A stretch of 49,599 nt of DNA from Sphingomonadales bacterium. Lineage in GTDB: Bacteria; Pseudomonadota; Alphaproteobacteria; Sphingomonadales; Sphingomonadaceae. The stretch covers positions 1 through 49,599 of the forward strand of contig JBBSFF010000001.1 in NCBI GenBank assembly GCA_038238995.1, given 5' to 3'. The notes under the pieces were generated by a model. That model did no database searches, was not told the DNA's origin, and worked only from the letters and a program-made list of their open reading frames with translations. This document shows positions 36,254-46,306 of the stretch, in pieces. A program made the position numbers and the translations under genes. Every line of letters starts with the position of its first letter. Position 1 is the first letter of the stretch.

Positions 36254-36921
36254 CGCGATTCTCCCCGTGGCTGGCCGTCGGCGGTGTTGCAATCTATATA
36301 CTGGCGCTCGCCATGACGCTGCCGGCGCGGGTCGTGCTGCCGAAGGCAGTCGACGCCGTCGGTACAGTCTGGCGCGGTGAGGCGGCGCTCGGCGAAAGCC
36401 ATGTCGCCGCGTGGCACGCGTCGCTGCTCGGTTCGCTTGCTGCCGTTGGGGTGGCGGGACACTGGACGGTCGACGGCCCTGGCAGCGCGCTGCAGGGCGG
36501 CGCGCGCTGGCGCCCGTTCGCCGGAGTCGCGCTCGATACCGTGACCGGACGCGTTGGCTGGCCGCTCGTCGCGGTTGCCGTGCCGTCGCTGCCCTTCACG
36601 TGCGATTTCGGCGTGCACGTCGCGCTCGACCAAGTCGATTTCGCGGCGAAGCACCAGGGTGTTGCGGGCAGCGTCACCAGCGACCCGGGGTCGTGCACCG
36701 CCCGGGCGCAGGGGGCGACGCGCGCGGTCCCGCGCCTCGTCGCCGACTTCGCGGTCGCCGGCGGGCGGACGACGGGGGTCGTCGCGCCGTGGGCGAACCG
36801 CGCGCTCCATGTCGCCGACCTGACCATCGAAGCCGGCGTCCTGCGGCTGCACACGTCGCCGACCGGGGCTGCGCTGATCCCCGCCGCGCGCGGGCCGAGC
36901 GACCTCGAGATCGAGCTTTAG
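36220..36921 (+). CDS. gspN: T2SS protein N-like
   Basis: TM ending TLPA, GTVWRG motif; position in the gsp cluster; start uncertain. Confidence 0.65.
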   Translation: MPIAADVDARSSRFSPWLAVGGVAIYILALAMTLPARVVLPKAVDAVGTVWRGEAALGESHVAAWHASLLGSLAAVGVAGHWTVDGPGSALQGGARWRPFAGVALDTVTGRVGWPLVAVAVPSLPFTCDFGVHVALDQVDFAAKHQGVAGSVTSDPGSCTARAQGATRAVPRLVADFAVAGGRTTGVVAPWANRALHVADLTIEAGVLRLHTSPTGAALIPAARGPSDLEIEL

Positions 36922-36926
36922 CCCGT

Positions 36927-38141
36927 TCACTGCACGGCCAGATTGTTGAGATCGATGATCGGCAGCAGGATCGACAGCACCATCAGCAGTACGATTCCGC
37001 CCATCGACAATAGCACGGCGGGTTCGATCAACCCCATCAGTGTCGCCACCAGCGCGTCGAGATCGCGGTCGAGATCGACCCCGGCGCGCGCCAGCACCGG
37101 GCCGAGCTTACCGCTGCTCTCGCCGCTTGCAACGATCGCGACGAGCATCTGTGGGAACACGCGCGCCTCGTCCATCGCACGGTGGAGACTCGTCCCCTCG
37201 CGGACCCGCGTCGCGACCTCGAGCGCGCGGGCGCGGACAAACACGTTCGGTGTGACCGCGGCGGCGGTGGCGATCGCGTCGACAAGCGGGACGTCGCTCT
37301 GAACGAGTGTCGCGAGGCTTCCGGCAAAACGCGCCGCGTTGAGCTGGCGGCTGATGCCCGAAAACGGGCGCGTCGTGGCGATGAACTTGTGAAATCGCAG
37401 TCGGTTGGTGGCAACCGTCAGCCAGCGCCGTGCGAAGACAATTGCACCGGCGATGACGATTGCAGCGACGAGGCCATAACTCGAAACGGCGTTGCTCAAG
37501 CCGATCAGTGCGCGCGTCAGGAACGGCAGCGCCGCCCCGCGCGTGATGAACACCCGCGTGATGTCGGGGACGACGTAGATCAGCAGCAACGTCATCATGC
37601 CGAGCGACACCGCCCCGAGCAGCGCCGGATAGAGCAAGGCGAGCTGGAGCTTGTTCGCCGCGCGGTACCGGCTGTCGACGAAGTCGGCGAGGTGACCGAG
37701 CACTTGCGACAGCTTGCCCGACTGCTCGCCCGCCGCGACCGACGCGCGATAGAATTCGGGGAAGACCCCGGGGTGCTCGGCGAGCGCGACCGCGAGGCTG
37801 CCGCCGTCGAGGATCCGCCCGCGAACGTTGAGTAACAGCTCGGCAACCGGGGTAGCCGCCGCCTGCGCGGCGACGAGCCGGAGCGCCTCCTCGACGCGGA
37901 TGTCGGTGCCGACCAGCGTAGCAAGCTGGCGGGTCAGCGTAGAAAGCGCTTTGGCACCGATCTTCCGCTCGAACAGCGCGGCGCGCGGGGAGGCCGCCGT
38001 CGCGCGAGTCGCCTCGACCGAGACGGGCAGCAGGCTTCGATCGCGGAGCAGTCGGCGCGCGCTCGCGGCACTGCTCGCCTCGACGACGCCCCGCTGCGTC
38101 TGGCCCAGCCCGTCGACTGCGCGGAAGACGAAGGCCGCCAT
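36927..38141 (-). CDS. gspF: T2SS inner-membrane platform protein F
   Basis: TRQLATL, AGEQSGKL, ALLYP, SGESSGKL, LIEP. Confidence 0.96.
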   Translation of the reverse strand: MAAFVFRAVDGLGQTQRGVVEASSAASARRLLRDRSLLPVSVEATRATAASPRAALFERKIGAKALSTLTRQLATLVGTDIRVEEALRLVAAQAAATPVAELLLNVRGRILDGGSLAVALAEHPGVFPEFYRASVAAGEQSGKLSQVLGHLADFVDSRYRAANKLQLALLYPALLGAVSLGMMTLLLIYVVPDITRVFITRGAALPFLTRALIGLSNAVSSYGLVAAIVIAGAIVFARRWLTVATNRLRFHKFIATTRPFSGISRQLNAARFAGSLATLVQSDVPLVDAIATAAAVTPNVFVRARALEVATRVREGTSLHRAMDEARVFPQMLVAIVASGESSGKLGPVLARAGVDLDRDLDALVATLMGLIEPAVLLSMGGIVLLMVLSILLPIIDLNNLAVQ

Positions 38142-38153
38142 CAGTTCGCGGCC

Positions 38154-39647
38154 TTAAGCATCGTCGCGGACGACGCGGGCGACTTCCTCGACGGTGGTCA
38201 TCCCCGCCGCGATCTTCGCCGCCCCGTCTTCGAGCAACGCCGGGCCGGCACGACGCGCGGCAATGGTAAGGTCTGCCTCCGACACGCCGTCGTGGATCAG
38301 CCCCTGCATGGCGGCGTCGACCTCGATCATCTCGTAGATCGCGCCGCGCCCGCGGTAGCCCTCAGTGTTGCACGCGGCGCAGCCGACTGCGCGGTGGATC
38401 GGGGCCCCTGCTGCGATCGCACCGCCGAGCATCGCGCTTTCGATCGCAGTCGCCTGGCCGGGTGCGCGGCAGACCGGACACAATGTCCGCACCAGCCGTT
38501 GCGCGATCAGTCCGGCAACCATCGGCGCGAGCAGGTAGCGTTCGACCCCCATGTCGACGAGTCGCGTGATGCTGCCGACCGCAGTGTTGGTGTGGAGCGT
38601 CGACAGGACGAAATGCCCGGTCATGCTCGACCGCACCGCCATTTCGGCGGTCTCGTGGTCGCGAATCTCACCGACCATGATGACATCGGGGTCCTGCCGC
38701 AGGATCGCCCGCAGGCCACGCGCGAAATCGAGGTCGATGCGCGGATTGACCTGCATCTGGCCGATGCCCTCAAGCTCGTACTCGATCGGGTCCTCGACCG
38801 TCATGATGTTGCGCTTGCGGTCGTTCAGCCGGTTGAGCGCGGCATACAGCGTCGTCGTCTTGCCCGATCCGGTCGGGCCGGTGACGAGGACCATCCCGTT
38901 CGGCCGCGCGAGCAGTCGTTCGAACACGCCGAGGTCGCGCGCGCTCATGCCGAGGCGCGACAGATCGAGGTCGGTCGCGTCGCGGTCGAGCAGGCGGAGG
39001 ACGACGCGCTCGCCGTGCTGCGCGGGCAGCGTCGAGACGCGGACGTCGATCTCGTGGCCACCAACGCGCAAGGTAACCCGTCCATCCTGCGGCACGCGCT
39101 TCTCGGCAATATCGAGCCGCGCCATAACCTTAATTCGGCTGGTGAGCAGCGGCGCGAGCGCGCGTGCCGGTTCGACCATGTCGCGGAGCACGCCGTCGAC
39201 CCGGAAGCGGACGACGCACCGCTTCTCCTGCGTTTCGAAATGAATGTCCGACGCACCCTGGCGGACGGCTTCGAGCAAGAGCGCGTTGATCAGGCGGATG
39301 ACGGGGGAATCGTCGCGACTGTCAAGCAGATCGTCGAGGCTCGCCGCCGTGTCGGCAAGCGCAGCGAGATCGGTGTCGGCAGCGGCGAAGTCGGCGGCGT
39401 CGCTCGCGTTGTCACGATAGAGCGCGCGCAGTCGCGCCTCGAAGGTCGCCTCGTCGACAGGCTCATAGGTCAGGTCGCCGAAGCGCCGCTGGACTTCCAT
39501 CAACGCCTCGATGGCGATCCCGGGACGATGGCTGCAAACGCCGGTCGCGGTCGCGACGACGACGCCGTGCCGCCGCGCGAAGGCATAGGGCAGCTGCGCC
39601 GCGGCAACCGGCGGCAGGTCGATGTCGTCGTTCATCGCGTCGATCAT
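38154..39647 (-). CDS. gspE: T2SS ATPase E
   Basis: ASDIH, PQDGR, GPTGSGKT, EDPIE, LRQDPD, LSTLH, CxxC...CxxC. Confidence 0.97.
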   Translation of the reverse strand: MIDAMNDDIDLPPVAAAQLPYAFARRHGVVVATATGVCSHRPGIAIEALMEVQRRFGDLTYEPVDEATFEARLRALYRDNASDAADFAAADTDLAALADTAASLDDLLDSRDDSPVIRLINALLLEAVRQGASDIHFETQEKRCVVRFRVDGVLRDMVEPARALAPLLTSRIKVMARLDIAEKRVPQDGRVTLRVGGHEIDVRVSTLPAQHGERVVLRLLDRDATDLDLSRLGMSARDLGVFERLLARPNGMVLVTGPTGSGKTTTLYAALNRLNDRKRNIMTVEDPIEYELEGIGQMQVNPRIDLDFARGLRAILRQDPDVIMVGEIRDHETAEMAVRSSMTGHFVLSTLHTNTAVGSITRLVDMGVERYLLAPMVAGLIAQRLVRTLCPVCRAPGQATAIESAMLGGAIAAGAPIHRAVGCAACNTEGYRGRGAIYEMIEVDAAMQGLIHDGVSEADLTIAARRAGPALLEDGAAKIAAGMTTVEEVARVVRDDA

Positions 39648-40192
39648 GTCGTGGCCAGCGTGACTTGCGCCGAGACGACGCCGGGATCGGGGCGGCGCTC
39701 AAGCTTGAGCTCGACAACGCGCATTCCAGCATCGCGTTCGAGTGCGGCGAGCCAGCCGACCAGCGCGTCGAACCCCGCCGCGTCGAGCGTCACGCCAATA
39801 TTCACGCCCTGCGGCTCGATTCGCTGAATGGTCAGCCCGGCCTTCGCTGCGCTATCGGTTATCGTCGTCGACGGCGTCACCGCCCGCGCCGCCGCCATCC
39901 GTGCGACATCGGGTCCGGCGACGCGGAGGCGAGCGGCGATGCGGTCATAGCGGTCGATATCGGCGAGCGCCGCACTATGCGCCGCCTCGATCGGCCGCCA
40001 GACGAGCGCGACTAACAACGTCGCCGCCGCGACCACGGCAAGCGCGGCAATCAGCCAACGTTCGCGCGGGGAGCGCGCATCGATCCAGCGCGCCATCCCC
40101 GACCGCAGCGGCGCGATCGCGGGCAGCGGCAGCGCGCGCAAACCGGGCAGGCGGCGGACACCGACAGGAAGCCGGATCGCGCTCAACTGCAT
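39644..40192 (-). CDS. gspM: T2SS protein M
   Basis: W...SPRER.L-TM-WRP, FD.LV.WL..LE; between gspL and gspE. Confidence 0.88.
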   Translation of the reverse strand: MQLSAIRLPVGVRRLPGLRALPLPAIAPLRSGMARWIDARSPRERWLIAALAVVAAATLLVALVWRPIEAAHSAALADIDRYDRIAARLRVAGPDVARMAAARAVTPSTTITDSAAKAGLTIQRIEPQGVNIGVTLDAAGFDALVGWLAALERDAGMRVVELKLERRPDPGVVSAQVTLATT

Positions 40193-40194
40193 TC

Positions 40195-41289
40195 TCACGA
40201 TGCGGTGCTCCGGATGACGATGTCGCCGTCGGCGCGCCCCGCGGTTGCGGTCGCTGCACCGCTCACCGGGCTGAGCCCCGCCGCGACGAGCGCCGCCTGC
40301 GCCCGCTGCAGCCCGCCGATGTCGGCGGCCTCGACCCCGAGCGTCAGCGCGCCGTCGGTGTCGGCATAGCTTAATTTGTTCAGCGTGAGGCCGCCGACCG
40401 AGGCAAGGGCGGTCGACGCGCGCGTCAAAAGCGGCAGGAAGCGCCCGCGCCCAGCAGTGCCACTCGGCAGCATCCGGTCGAGGTCGGCGGTCAACGGCGT
40501 GCCGGGCAGCATCTGCCGCACCAGCGCCTCGGCGGTCGTCCGCTTCGCGGCGGCGATGCTGCGCAGCTTGAGCGTGTCGGCGGCGGCGATCGCGGTATGC
40601 GCAAGCAGCCCGGCAGCGAGCACGATGCCGAGCCGCCGCAGCGCGGCGGGTACGGGCCGCGCGGCGGCGGCATAGCGGCCTTGGCGCAGGTCGAGCGCGG
40701 ATGTGAGCAAACGCCGCGACGCCGCGGGCTCGCCGATGCTGCTCATCGGCAGGTCGAACGGAAGCTGCGCACCATGGACGACGCACGGCAGCGAGCCCCC
40801 CGCCGCCCAGACCGCAGGGAAGCGCTCGACCGCGACGGCGAATCCACCCGTCTCGGTCCGGACAATGATCCGCCCGAGCGCCGCCTCGACGCTCCATGTG
40901 CCGGGCATCGGCACCGGCAGCAACAGCGTATCGGGGACGATCGCAGCGTGGCCGAGCCCCGCCGCCGCCAGTGTCGCCACCCAATCGGCCATGACCGTGT
41001 GCCGCACGACTCCGGCAAGGTACGATCCCGCCGCGAGCTCGGCTCCCAATGCGACGTGGACGGTGTCGAGCGGGTCGGCGATCCGGTCCTCGATTGCAAA
41101 CGGCAACGCGGCGAGGCGCTGCGCGGCGCGACCGAGTGGCAGGTCGACTGCAAGGAGCAGAACCGCCTCGGTCGGCACGAGGACGGTAGCGGGCCCGACA
41201 TCCCAGTATTCAAGCGCGATGGGCACGCCGTCGGACAGCGTCCAAATGCCCCCGGTCGGAGCGGCGATGTCGGCGGCGTCGCGGTTCAT
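40195..41289 (-). CDS. gspL: T2SS protein L
   Basis: VLVP.E.V, ALPFAIED.IA, VHVA, PD.L.LP, LDLRQG.Y then TM. Confidence 0.9.
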   Translation of the reverse strand: MNRDAADIAAPTGGIWTLSDGVPIALEYWDVGPATVLVPTEAVLLLAVDLPLGRAAQRLAALPFAIEDRIADPLDTVHVALGAELAAGSYLAGVVRHTVMADWVATLAAAGLGHAAIVPDTLLLPVPMPGTWSVEAALGRIIVRTETGGFAVAVERFPAVWAAGGSLPCVVHGAQLPFDLPMSSIGEPAASRRLLTSALDLRQGRYAAAARPVPAALRRLGIVLAAGLLAHTAIAAADTLKLRSIAAAKRTTAEALVRQMLPGTPLTADLDRMLPSGTAGRGRFLPLLTRASTALASVGGLTLNKLSYADTDGALTLGVEAADIGGLQRAQAALVAAGLSPVSGAATATAGRADGDIVIRSTAS

Positions 41290-41359
41290 TCCGGCCCAGT
41301 TCGGTCGTTTACTATCGGCAGGTCGATAGCGTTTGGCTTCGTCCATTCTATAAGACGGT

Positions 41360-41851
41360 ATGACGTTGCACACAATTTACCCAAGGGTTCGACATTTGCG
41401 TGATCCAGCGGCGCGAGAACCTCTCGCCGCCGCCGATGCAGGGCTGACGTTGATCGAAATGATCATCGTTCTGGCGATCATCGCGCTCGTCGCGGCGCTG
41501 ATCGTGCCGAGTGTGATCGGGCGGCCCGACCAGGCGCGGGTCACGGTGGCGCAGGCCGACCTCAAATCAATCGGCGCAGCGCTGAAGATGTACCGCCTCG
41601 ACAATGGCAGCTACCCGACGACCGAACAGGGGCTGGGCGCGCTGGTCAGCAAGCCGACGACCGGGCCCGCGGCGACCAACTTTGCCGCTGACGGCTATCT
41701 CGCGCAGTCGCCCACCGATCCTTGGGGCCACCCCTATGTTTACCGCAGCCCCGGCGAATCGGGCGCTGGATTCGACCTGTTGTCGTTTGGACGCGACGGC
41801 AAGCCGGGCGGCGAGGGAATCGATGCCGATCTGCAGGACAAGGGGCGTTGA
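41360..41851 (+). CDS. gspG: T2SS major pseudopilin G
   Basis: AG|LTLIEMIIV, ALKMYRLDNG.YPTTEQGL.AL, DPWG.PY.Y. Confidence 0.97.
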   Translation: MTLHTIYPRVRHLRDPAAREPLAAADAGLTLIEMIIVLAIIALVAALIVPSVIGRPDQARVTVAQADLKSIGAALKMYRLDNGSYPTTEQGLGALVSKPTTGPAATNFAADGYLAQSPTDPWGHPYVYRSPGESGAGFDLLSFGRDGKPGGEGIDADLQDKGR

Positions 41852-42279
41852 GCCGGGCCGGGGATGCGGGGCTACCCCTTTCTCCGGCGGAGGCTGGATT
41901 GACCTTGATCGAAATGCTCGTCGTCCTCGCGATCATCGGCATCGCGTCGGGGGCGACGGTGATGTCGCTGGCGAGCCACGGACCGGGGGCGGAGGTCGAG
42001 GCTCGGCGGCTCGCGGGGACCATCCAGGCCGCCGCGGACCGTGCCATGCTCGGCGGCCCGCCTGCCGCACTTTACGCCGACGCGAATGGCTACCGGGTTG
42101 GGATCGACCATCATGTCCTCCCCGACGGAATGCACCTTGAGGGCGTGCCCGGCGCTGCCCCCCTCGCGCTCGACGATACGTCCGCGGTGGATGTGACGCT
42201 CGTGCGCGGCGACGAGGCGTGGGCGGTGCGCTTCGACGGGCTACGCGCCAGTGCGACGCGGGCGTTGCCAGCACGATGA
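41848..42279 (+). CDS. gspH: T2SS minor pseudopilin H
   Basis: AG|LTLIEMLVVLAIIG, EA.RLA; TTG start overlaps the gspG stop. Confidence 0.82.
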   Translation: MSRAGDAGLPLSPAEAGLTLIEMLVVLAIIGIASGATVMSLASHGPGAEVEARRLAGTIQAAADRAMLGGPPAALYADANGYRVGIDHHVLPDGMHLEGVPGAAPLALDDTSAVDVTLVRGDEAWAVRFDGLRASATRALPAR

Positions 42280-42641
42280 CCGCGCGCGACGCTGGCTTCA
42301 CGCTGATCGAGGCTCTCGTCGCGATGGCAGTCCTCGCGGTCGCCTCGGCCGGGCTGATCCGCGCGACGAGCGCGCACATCGATCTGATCCGCGGCGTCGA
42401 GGCGCGGACGATCGCCGGTTGGGTCGCGGAAAACCGCCTCGTCGAGGCGACGCTGCCGGGCGCGCCGCCTGCGCCCGCAACCGTGACGATGCTTGGCCGT
42501 CAATGGGCTGTGACCACCACCGCCAAGCCGAGCGATGACCCCGACCTCGTTGCCGTGACCGTCATGGTCGCGCCCGCCGGGTCGACGCAGCCGCTCGCGA
42601 CGTTGCGCGGCTTCCGCGATCTGCGGGCCGCAACGCCGTGA
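42276..42641 (+). CDS. gspI: T2SS minor pseudopilin I
   Basis: AG|FTLIEALVAM, A.WVAEN.L.E, MLGR.W. Confidence 0.92.
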   Translation: MTARDAGFTLIEALVAMAVLAVASAGLIRATSAHIDLIRGVEARTIAGWVAENRLVEATLPGAPPAPATVTMLGRQWAVTTTAKPSDDPDLVAVTVMVAPAGSTQPLATLRGFRDLRAATP

Positions 42642-43438
42642 CGCCGCGAACGATCGATCGGGGGGTTGCGCTGATCGCCGTCGGGGTCGTCGCCTCGGTC
42701 GCGGCGGCGCTCGCCGGGGTGACGTGGCGGCTGATCGGGGCCGACGACGGGCGCACGCATGTCGCCGCAGTCAGCGCCACGCCACCGCCACCGCCGCTCG
42801 ACCTGTCGCCGGTCACCCGCTTCGCGCCGTTTGGGCAGCTCGTCGCATTGACCGGCACGACCGGCGACCCGACTGCGCTCGGGCTGCAACTGCGCGGGAT
42901 CATGCTCGCGCACCCGCAGTCGGCGTCGAGTGCGTTGATCGCGGCGGCGGGCGGCCCGGCCAAGGCTTTCGCGGTCGGGGAGACGTTGCCCGGCGGCGCG
43001 GTCCTCGACGCGGTCGAGTTCGACCTCGTCGTCCTGCGCGTGAACGGCCAGCTCCAGACGCTTGCCTTTCCGGTCAAGCCCAGTGCCGCCAGCGGGGTTG
43101 TGCCCGAACCAACGCTCGTCCCCGGACCGCAGCCCGAGGTCGGCAATCCCGCGCCCATCGAGGCGTACCGCGCACGTGCCGCCGATCCGCTGTCGCTGCT
43201 CGGCAGCCTCGGCGCGACCGCCACGCCCGACGGCTACCGCGTCGGTGCGACTCCGTCTGAGGACATGCGCCGTGCCGGACTGCAGCCGGGCGACATCGTC
43301 GAGAAGGTCAACGGTCAAGCGGTCGGCGATCCGGCGCGCGACCGAGCGCTGTTCGACGAGGCGGTCGTTTCCGGGCGCGTCCGCGTCGAGGTCGTTCGAG
43401 ACGGCAAGCGCATCGCCATGTCGTTTCCATTGCACTAG
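42638..43438 (+). CDS. gspC: T2SS protein C with PDZ domain
   Basis: TM, L.LRGI HR domain, GLQPGDIVEKVNG PDZ motif. Confidence 0.88.
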   Translation: MTPRTIDRGVALIAVGVVASVAAALAGVTWRLIGADDGRTHVAAVSATPPPPPLDLSPVTRFAPFGQLVALTGTTGDPTALGLQLRGIMLAHPQSASSALIAAAGGPAKAFAVGETLPGGAVLDAVEFDLVVLRVNGQLQTLAFPVKPSAASGVVPEPTLVPGPQPEVGNPAPIEAYRARAADPLSLLGSLGATATPDGYRVGATPSEDMRRAGLQPGDIVEKVNGQAVGDPARDRALFDEAVVSGRVRVEVVRDGKRIAMSFPLH

Positions 43439-43443
43439 GAGGC

Positions 43444-45561
43444 ATGACCATGCGCACGATTAAGCATCTGGTCGCAATCGGACTTATCGCGCTGCCCGGC
43501 ATCGCTGCGGGTCAAGCCGCGTCACCGGTGCCGGCGCGGGTCCGGGCGAACGATGTCATCGTCAATATGCGGGACGTCGAAATCGCGCAGGTCGCTGAGC
43601 AGGTATCGCGGATTACCGGGCGGACACTGATCCTCGATCCCGCCGTCAAGGGCGTCGTCAATGTTGTCTCGGCCGAACCGCTGTCGGCCGACGGGGTGTG
43701 GGATCTGTTCCGCTCGGTGCTGCGCGTCTACGGCTTCGCGGCGGTCAAGTCGGGGGCGGCGTGGCGGATCGTGCCGCAGGCGTCGGCGATCCAGGGCGGC
43801 GCGACGGCGGCATCAGGGCGCAACGTCGTTCGCTCGCAGGACGTCGTCACCCGCGTAATCCCCTTGCGAAACCTGCCGTCGGACGCGGCGGTCCGCGTGT
43901 TCCGTCCGCTCGTCGCGGCGTTCGGCAGCATCGAGGCACTCGCCAACCCCAATTCGATCGTCGTCACTGACTATGCCGAGAATGTGCGCCGGGTCGAGCG
44001 GCTGGCGCAGGAGCTCGACGCCGGCGGCGGGACTTCGTTTGAAAGCCTGCCACTGAAATACGCGTCCGCCAAGGACGTAGGGGCGGCGCTCGCGCGTATC
44101 ATCGGTGACGGCAGCGCGCCGGGATCACCCAAGATCGCGGTCGACGAGCGAAGCAACATTATTCTTGTTCGCGGCGACGCGAAAAGCCTGTCGGAGGCGC
44201 GGCGGATGGCGGCGCTGCTCGACAAGGCGGGCGGCGCCGCGCCGACGACGCGGGTCTTCCGCCTCAACTTCGCCGATGCCGAAAGCGTGACCAACGTCCT
44301 GCGGGGGCTGACCGGCAGCGGCAACCAGCAGGCGGCGGCGACCAACCCGGTCGCGCGAACGCTGTCGCGGTCGCGGTCGAGCATCGGCGCGGGATCGACC
44401 TTCGGCACCTCGTCGGGAAGCGCGAACGGCGGGCAGGCAAGCGGTCTCGGGAGCTTCGGCGCGCTCGGGGGGCAGGGCGTTCTCAACGGCGGTGGCGCGA
44501 CGATCGGCAGCCAGATCGCGGCGCTGTCGGGTGGCGCGAGCGCCGCGACCCCCGCGCAGGGCATCCAGACCGACGACCTGTCGATCCAGCCCGCGCCCGA
44601 ACTGAACGCGATCGTCGTTCGCGGCACCCCGGCGGCGATCGCGGCGATCGCGGCGCTGATCGACGAACTCGACGTCCGGCGACCGCAGGTGCTCATCGAG
44701 GCGGCGATCGCCGAGGTCACCGGCGATGCCGCCGAAGCTCTCGGCGTCCAGTTCGCTGCCGGCGGCGCGGCGGTCATCGACGGCGGGAGCGGCGGAACTT
44801 CGTTTGCCAACACCGGCGTCTCGCTCGGCGCGATCATCCAGGCGCTGGTTCCGACCGGGGTCGGCCTCGTCGGGCAGGGGCTGTCGATCGTCGGGGGCAG
44901 CAAGGGCAATTTCAACATCCTCGTCCAGGCGCTCGGCACCTCGACCAAGTCGAACCTGTTGTCGACGCCGTCGATCACGACGCTCGACAACGAACCCGCC
45001 GAGATCGTCGTCGGGCAGAATGTTCCTTTCCGGACAGGCAGTTACGCGACCGACGGCAACACCACGACGCCGTTCACGACGATCGAGCGGCAGGACGTCG
45101 GCATCACGCTCCGCGTCGTCCCGCGGATCCACGAGGGCGACAGCATCCGGCTCGAGGTCAGCCAGGAGGTGTCGTCGCTCGTCGGCAGCGTCACCGGCGC
45201 CGCCGATCTGATCACCAACCGGCGCAGCATCCAGACGACGGTGCTCGCCGACAATGGCGATACGATCGTGCTCGGCGGGCTGATCACCGACGACCGGACC
45301 AAGACCAAAAGCCAGGTGCCGGTTCTCGGCGACATCCCGGTGCTGGGTAACCTGTTCAAATCACGGCAGCAAACGCAGACCAAGCGGACGCTGTTCGTGT
45401 TCCTGCGCCCGACGATCCTGCGCGACCGGGCGTCGGTCGTCGCGACGGCGAAGGTCAAATACGACCGGTTGCGCGCGCAGGAACTCGGTGATCCCGACCG
45501 CAGCATCCTCCTCCATCCCCCGGCCCCGCGGCTGCCGCTGGAGATCCCCGGTATCTACTGA
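43444..45561 (+). CDS. gspD: T2SS secretin D
   Basis: N0-N3 domains, LDVRRPQVLIEAAI.EV, LSTPS..TLDN, VP.LGDIP.LG.LF. Confidence 0.97.
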   Translation: MTMRTIKHLVAIGLIALPGIAAGQAASPVPARVRANDVIVNMRDVEIAQVAEQVSRITGRTLILDPAVKGVVNVVSAEPLSADGVWDLFRSVLRVYGFAAVKSGAAWRIVPQASAIQGGATAASGRNVVRSQDVVTRVIPLRNLPSDAAVRVFRPLVAAFGSIEALANPNSIVVTDYAENVRRVERLAQELDAGGGTSFESLPLKYASAKDVGAALARIIGDGSAPGSPKIAVDERSNIILVRGDAKSLSEARRMAALLDKAGGAAPTTRVFRLNFADAESVTNVLRGLTGSGNQQAAATNPVARTLSRSRSSIGAGSTFGTSSGSANGGQASGLGSFGALGGQGVLNGGGATIGSQIAALSGGASAATPAQGIQTDDLSIQPAPELNAIVVRGTPAAIAAIAALIDELDVRRPQVLIEAAIAEVTGDAAEALGVQFAAGGAAVIDGGSGGTSFANTGVSLGAIIQALVPTGVGLVGQGLSIVGGSKGNFNILVQALGTSTKSNLLSTPSITTLDNEPAEIVVGQNVPFRTGSYATDGNTTTPFTTIERQDVGITLRVVPRIHEGDSIRLEVSQEVSSLVGSVTGAADLITNRRSIQTTVLADNGDTIVLGGLITDDRTKTKSQVPVLGDIPVLGNLFKSRQQTQTKRTLFVFLRPTILRDRASVVATAKVKYDRLRAQELGDPDRSILLHPPAPRLPLEIPGIY

Positions 45562-45740
45562 CGCGCCTACTGACGCGGCCACGAAGATGAACAACTTAAC
45601 GAACTTTACGCCGCCACACCCGTTTTACCGGGCCATCGCCGCCTGAACAGCGCGTGCACCACGAACCGCACGAGGCCGCACCAGTCGACGACGCCCCCGC
45701 TCGCGAACCATCACACCGCCGCGCGCGGCCGGCGGCCCGC

Positions 45741-46268
45741 TCAGAATGGGACGTCGTCGTCGAGGTCGTCGCTGAAGCTGCCGCCGCCGAACGCGGGCTT
45801 TTTCGCCGGGCCGCCGCCGCCGAAGCTCGCCTCGCGCCCCGGCTCGCGCCCGCCGCTATAGCCGCCACCATTGTCGCGCGCACCGCCGTAGCCGCCGCCC
45901 TCGCGGTCGCCGCCGCCTTCACGCCCGTCGAGCAGCGTCAGGTTGCTGTTGAAATTCTGCAGCACGACCTCGGTCGTATACTTGTCGGCCCCCGACTGGT
46001 CCTGCCACTTGCGCGTCTGGAGCGAGCCTTCGAGATAAACCTTGCTGCCCTTTTTCAAATACTGGCTGGCGACCTTGCCGATGCCTTCGTTGAAGATGAC
46101 GACATTGTGCCACTCGGTCTTTTCCTTGCGCTCGCCCGAGCCCTTGTCGCGCCACGTCTCCGACGTCGCGAGGCTGAACTTGACGACGCGCCCGCCGTTG
46201 CCGAATTCCTTCGTCTCGGGGTCCTTGCCGAGATTGCCGACGAGGATGACCTTATTGACGCCCGCCAT
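45741..46268 (-). CDS. ssb: Single-stranded DNA-binding protein
   Basis: [20 protein letters not shown]-terminal DDDVPF; AAGGAG RBS. Confidence 0.99.
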   Translation of the reverse strand: MAGVNKVILVGNLGKDPETKEFGNGGRVVKFSLATSETWRDKGSGERKEKTEWHNVVIFNEGIGKVASQYLKKGSKVYLEGSLQTRKWQDQSGADKYTTEVVLQNFNSNLTLLDGREGGGDREGGGYGGARDNGGGYSGGREPGREASFGGGGPAKKPAFGGGSFSDDLDDDVPF

Positions 46269-46291
46269 GATTTCTCCTTTGCGATCCAACA

Positions 46292-46306
46292 GAACGTATC
46301 GTGAAC
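46292..46306. promoter_or_regulatory. Alphaproteobacterial LexA (SOS) box upstream of ssb
   Basis: GAAC-GTATCGT-GAAC (GTTC-N7-GTTC on the minus strand) 23 bp upstream of the ssb ATG. Confidence 0.85.

Noticed and set aside
19554-45561. Calling the accessory block a mobile element
   Set aside because: No integrase, transposase, att sites or conjugation genes visible; boundaries are only inferred
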